Below, piece after piece: positions 62,835-64,000 of a DNA stretch of 64,000 nt (the stretch's first letter is position 1; each line of letters begins with the position of its first letter). The position numbers were made by a program, and so were the translations under genes. The notes beneath the pieces are model-generated. The model was not told the DNA's origin. It saw only the letters and a program-made list of their open reading frames with translations, and did no database searches. Location: NCBI GenBank assembly GCA_963809895.1, contig CAWELD010000003.1:3104001-3168000 (forward strand), given 5' to 3'. The DNA comes from an uncultured Gemmatimonadales bacterium (GTDB taxonomy: Bacteria; Gemmatimonadota; Gemmatimonadetes; Longimicrobiales; Gaopeijiaceae).

Positions 62835-63497
62835 ATGGGAGCGCCCGTGCGCCCACATCTCCTCACCGTCGCCCTCCTCCCCCTGCTCGCGGCCTCGCCG
62901 GTGGCCGCCCAGGGGTCGCGCCTCGTCTTCAAGGCCGGAACCACCGGGCTCGGAGCCGATGTGGCCATTCCCATGTCGCCGCGCACCGTCTTCCGCGCCG
63001 GAATCGGTTTCCTGCCCTTCGATTACCACGGCACGCTCAACGACACCGAATACACCATCGATCCGCCGGGCCGTTTTCTCACGGCGCAGCTCGACGTGTC
63101 GTTGGCCGGGCCGCTCCGCGTCATGGGGGGATTCCTGAAGCGCTCCGATCCCATCCGCATGAAGGCCGACGTGAAGGCGGGCGACCAGGTCGGTGACGCC
63201 ACCTTCGCTGCCGACGGCACCCTGAAGGGATCGTTGGACAGCCGCGGCACGGCGCCCTTCCTGGGGATCGGGTTCGGGCGGGTGACCGCGGCCGGCAGCG
63301 GGTTCTTCCTGGACCTGGCCGTGGCGTTCACCGGGGAGCCCACGCTGGAGCTCAGCGGCGAGGGCCCCATCACCGAGGAGCCGGACTTCGACGAGGAGCT
63401 GGAGAAGGAGCGTGCGCGGGCGCAGGACGACCTGAGCCGCTACTACCGCTACTGGCCCATCCTGAGCGTGGGATTCCGACTGGGCGTGGGGCGGTAG
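62835..63497 (+). CDS. Putative outer-membrane beta-barrel protein
   Basis: Signal peptide; AGTTGLGAD; PFLGIGFG; C-terminal WPILSVGFRL. Confidence 0.75.
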   Translation: MGAPVRPHLLTVALLPLLAASPVAAQGSRLVFKAGTTGLGADVAIPMSPRTVFRAGIGFLPFDYHGTLNDTEYTIDPPGRFLTAQLDVSLAGPLRVMGGFLKRSDPIRMKADVKAGDQVGDATFAADGTLKGSLDSRGTAPFLGIGFGRVTAAGSGFFLDLAVAFTGEPTLELSGEGPITEEPDFDEELEKERARAQDDLSRYYRYWPILSVGFRLGVGR

Positions 63498-63528
63498 CTC
63501 GGGGCGGACGCGGCCTCGGACGGAGGCC

Positions 63529-63876
63529 TCAGGCAGGAGGGTCGTGAGCGTCGGGCGTCTCGTCCTTGCGGGCCCAGCGCTCCGAATCCCGCAGCCGGTA
63601 TTTCTCCAGCGTCCGCTCCAGCGCGTCCTGGAGGTCGATCTCCTGCTCGTTGGCCAGCACCAGCAGGACGAAGAGCACGTCGGCCAGCTCCAGCGCCAGG
63701 TCCTGCTCGGGCTCGTCGGGCTTCTTGGTCTTGGGGCCGTAGCGGTGGTTCAGGATGCGGGCCAGCTCGCCCACCTCTTCGGTGAGTCGGGCCAGGTTCA
63801 CCAGCGGCGGCCAGTAGCCCTCCTCGAACTGCCCGATCCAGGCATCGACCCGGGCCTGGGCGTCTCTCAGGTCCAT
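63529..63876 (-). CDS. MazG-like nucleotide pyrophosphohydrolase (YpjD-type)
   Basis: LARLTEEVGELAR...ELADVLFVL..LAN; KYRLRD. Confidence 0.9.
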   Translation of the reverse strand: MDLRDAQARVDAWIGQFEEGYWPPLVNLARLTEEVGELARILNHRYGPKTKKPDEPEQDLALELADVLFVLLVLANEQEIDLQDALERTLEKYRLRDSERWARKDETPDAHDPPA

Positions 63877-64000
63877 GGATGCGCCCGGGATGTGAGGGCA
63901 GATTCCCACCCAGGGGTAGGCCCGGCGTCGCAATGGACTGTCCCGGTGTCGCAACCCGTCATCGCTCCGCCCCCTGGATCTCCACCCGCCCCACCGCCAA

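Overview
GC-rich bacterial DNA. The Ser/Thr kinase-TolB fusion, ADOP permease, BlaI/M56-TonB pair and many Ig/beta-propeller lipoproteins suggest Gemmatimonadota (inference). It looks like an imperfect long-read consensus: scattered single-base indels, a very indel-dense block at about 44.1-51.7 kb, and a 41-nt poly-T. Ordinary content includes an RND efflux trio, an ECF42/YciI operon, a stress/trehalose cluster and MazG. Two features stand out. (1) A family of four same-strand intergenic mini-arrays made of a 37-bp palindromic repeat with fixed 25/24/25-nt linkers. One array follows an AbiEi-DUF559 nuclease gene and another follows an internally deleted remnant of that gene, which suggests a DUF559-associated, REP/MITE-like mobile or RNA-based system. 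(2) A 9.2-kb large-serine-recombinase island bounded by an exact 18-bp direct repeat inside queG. It supplies a divergent replacement 3' end for queG and carries a defence-like cargo: AAA+S8 protease (IetAS-like), an Mrr-like nuclease and a PIN-like unknown.
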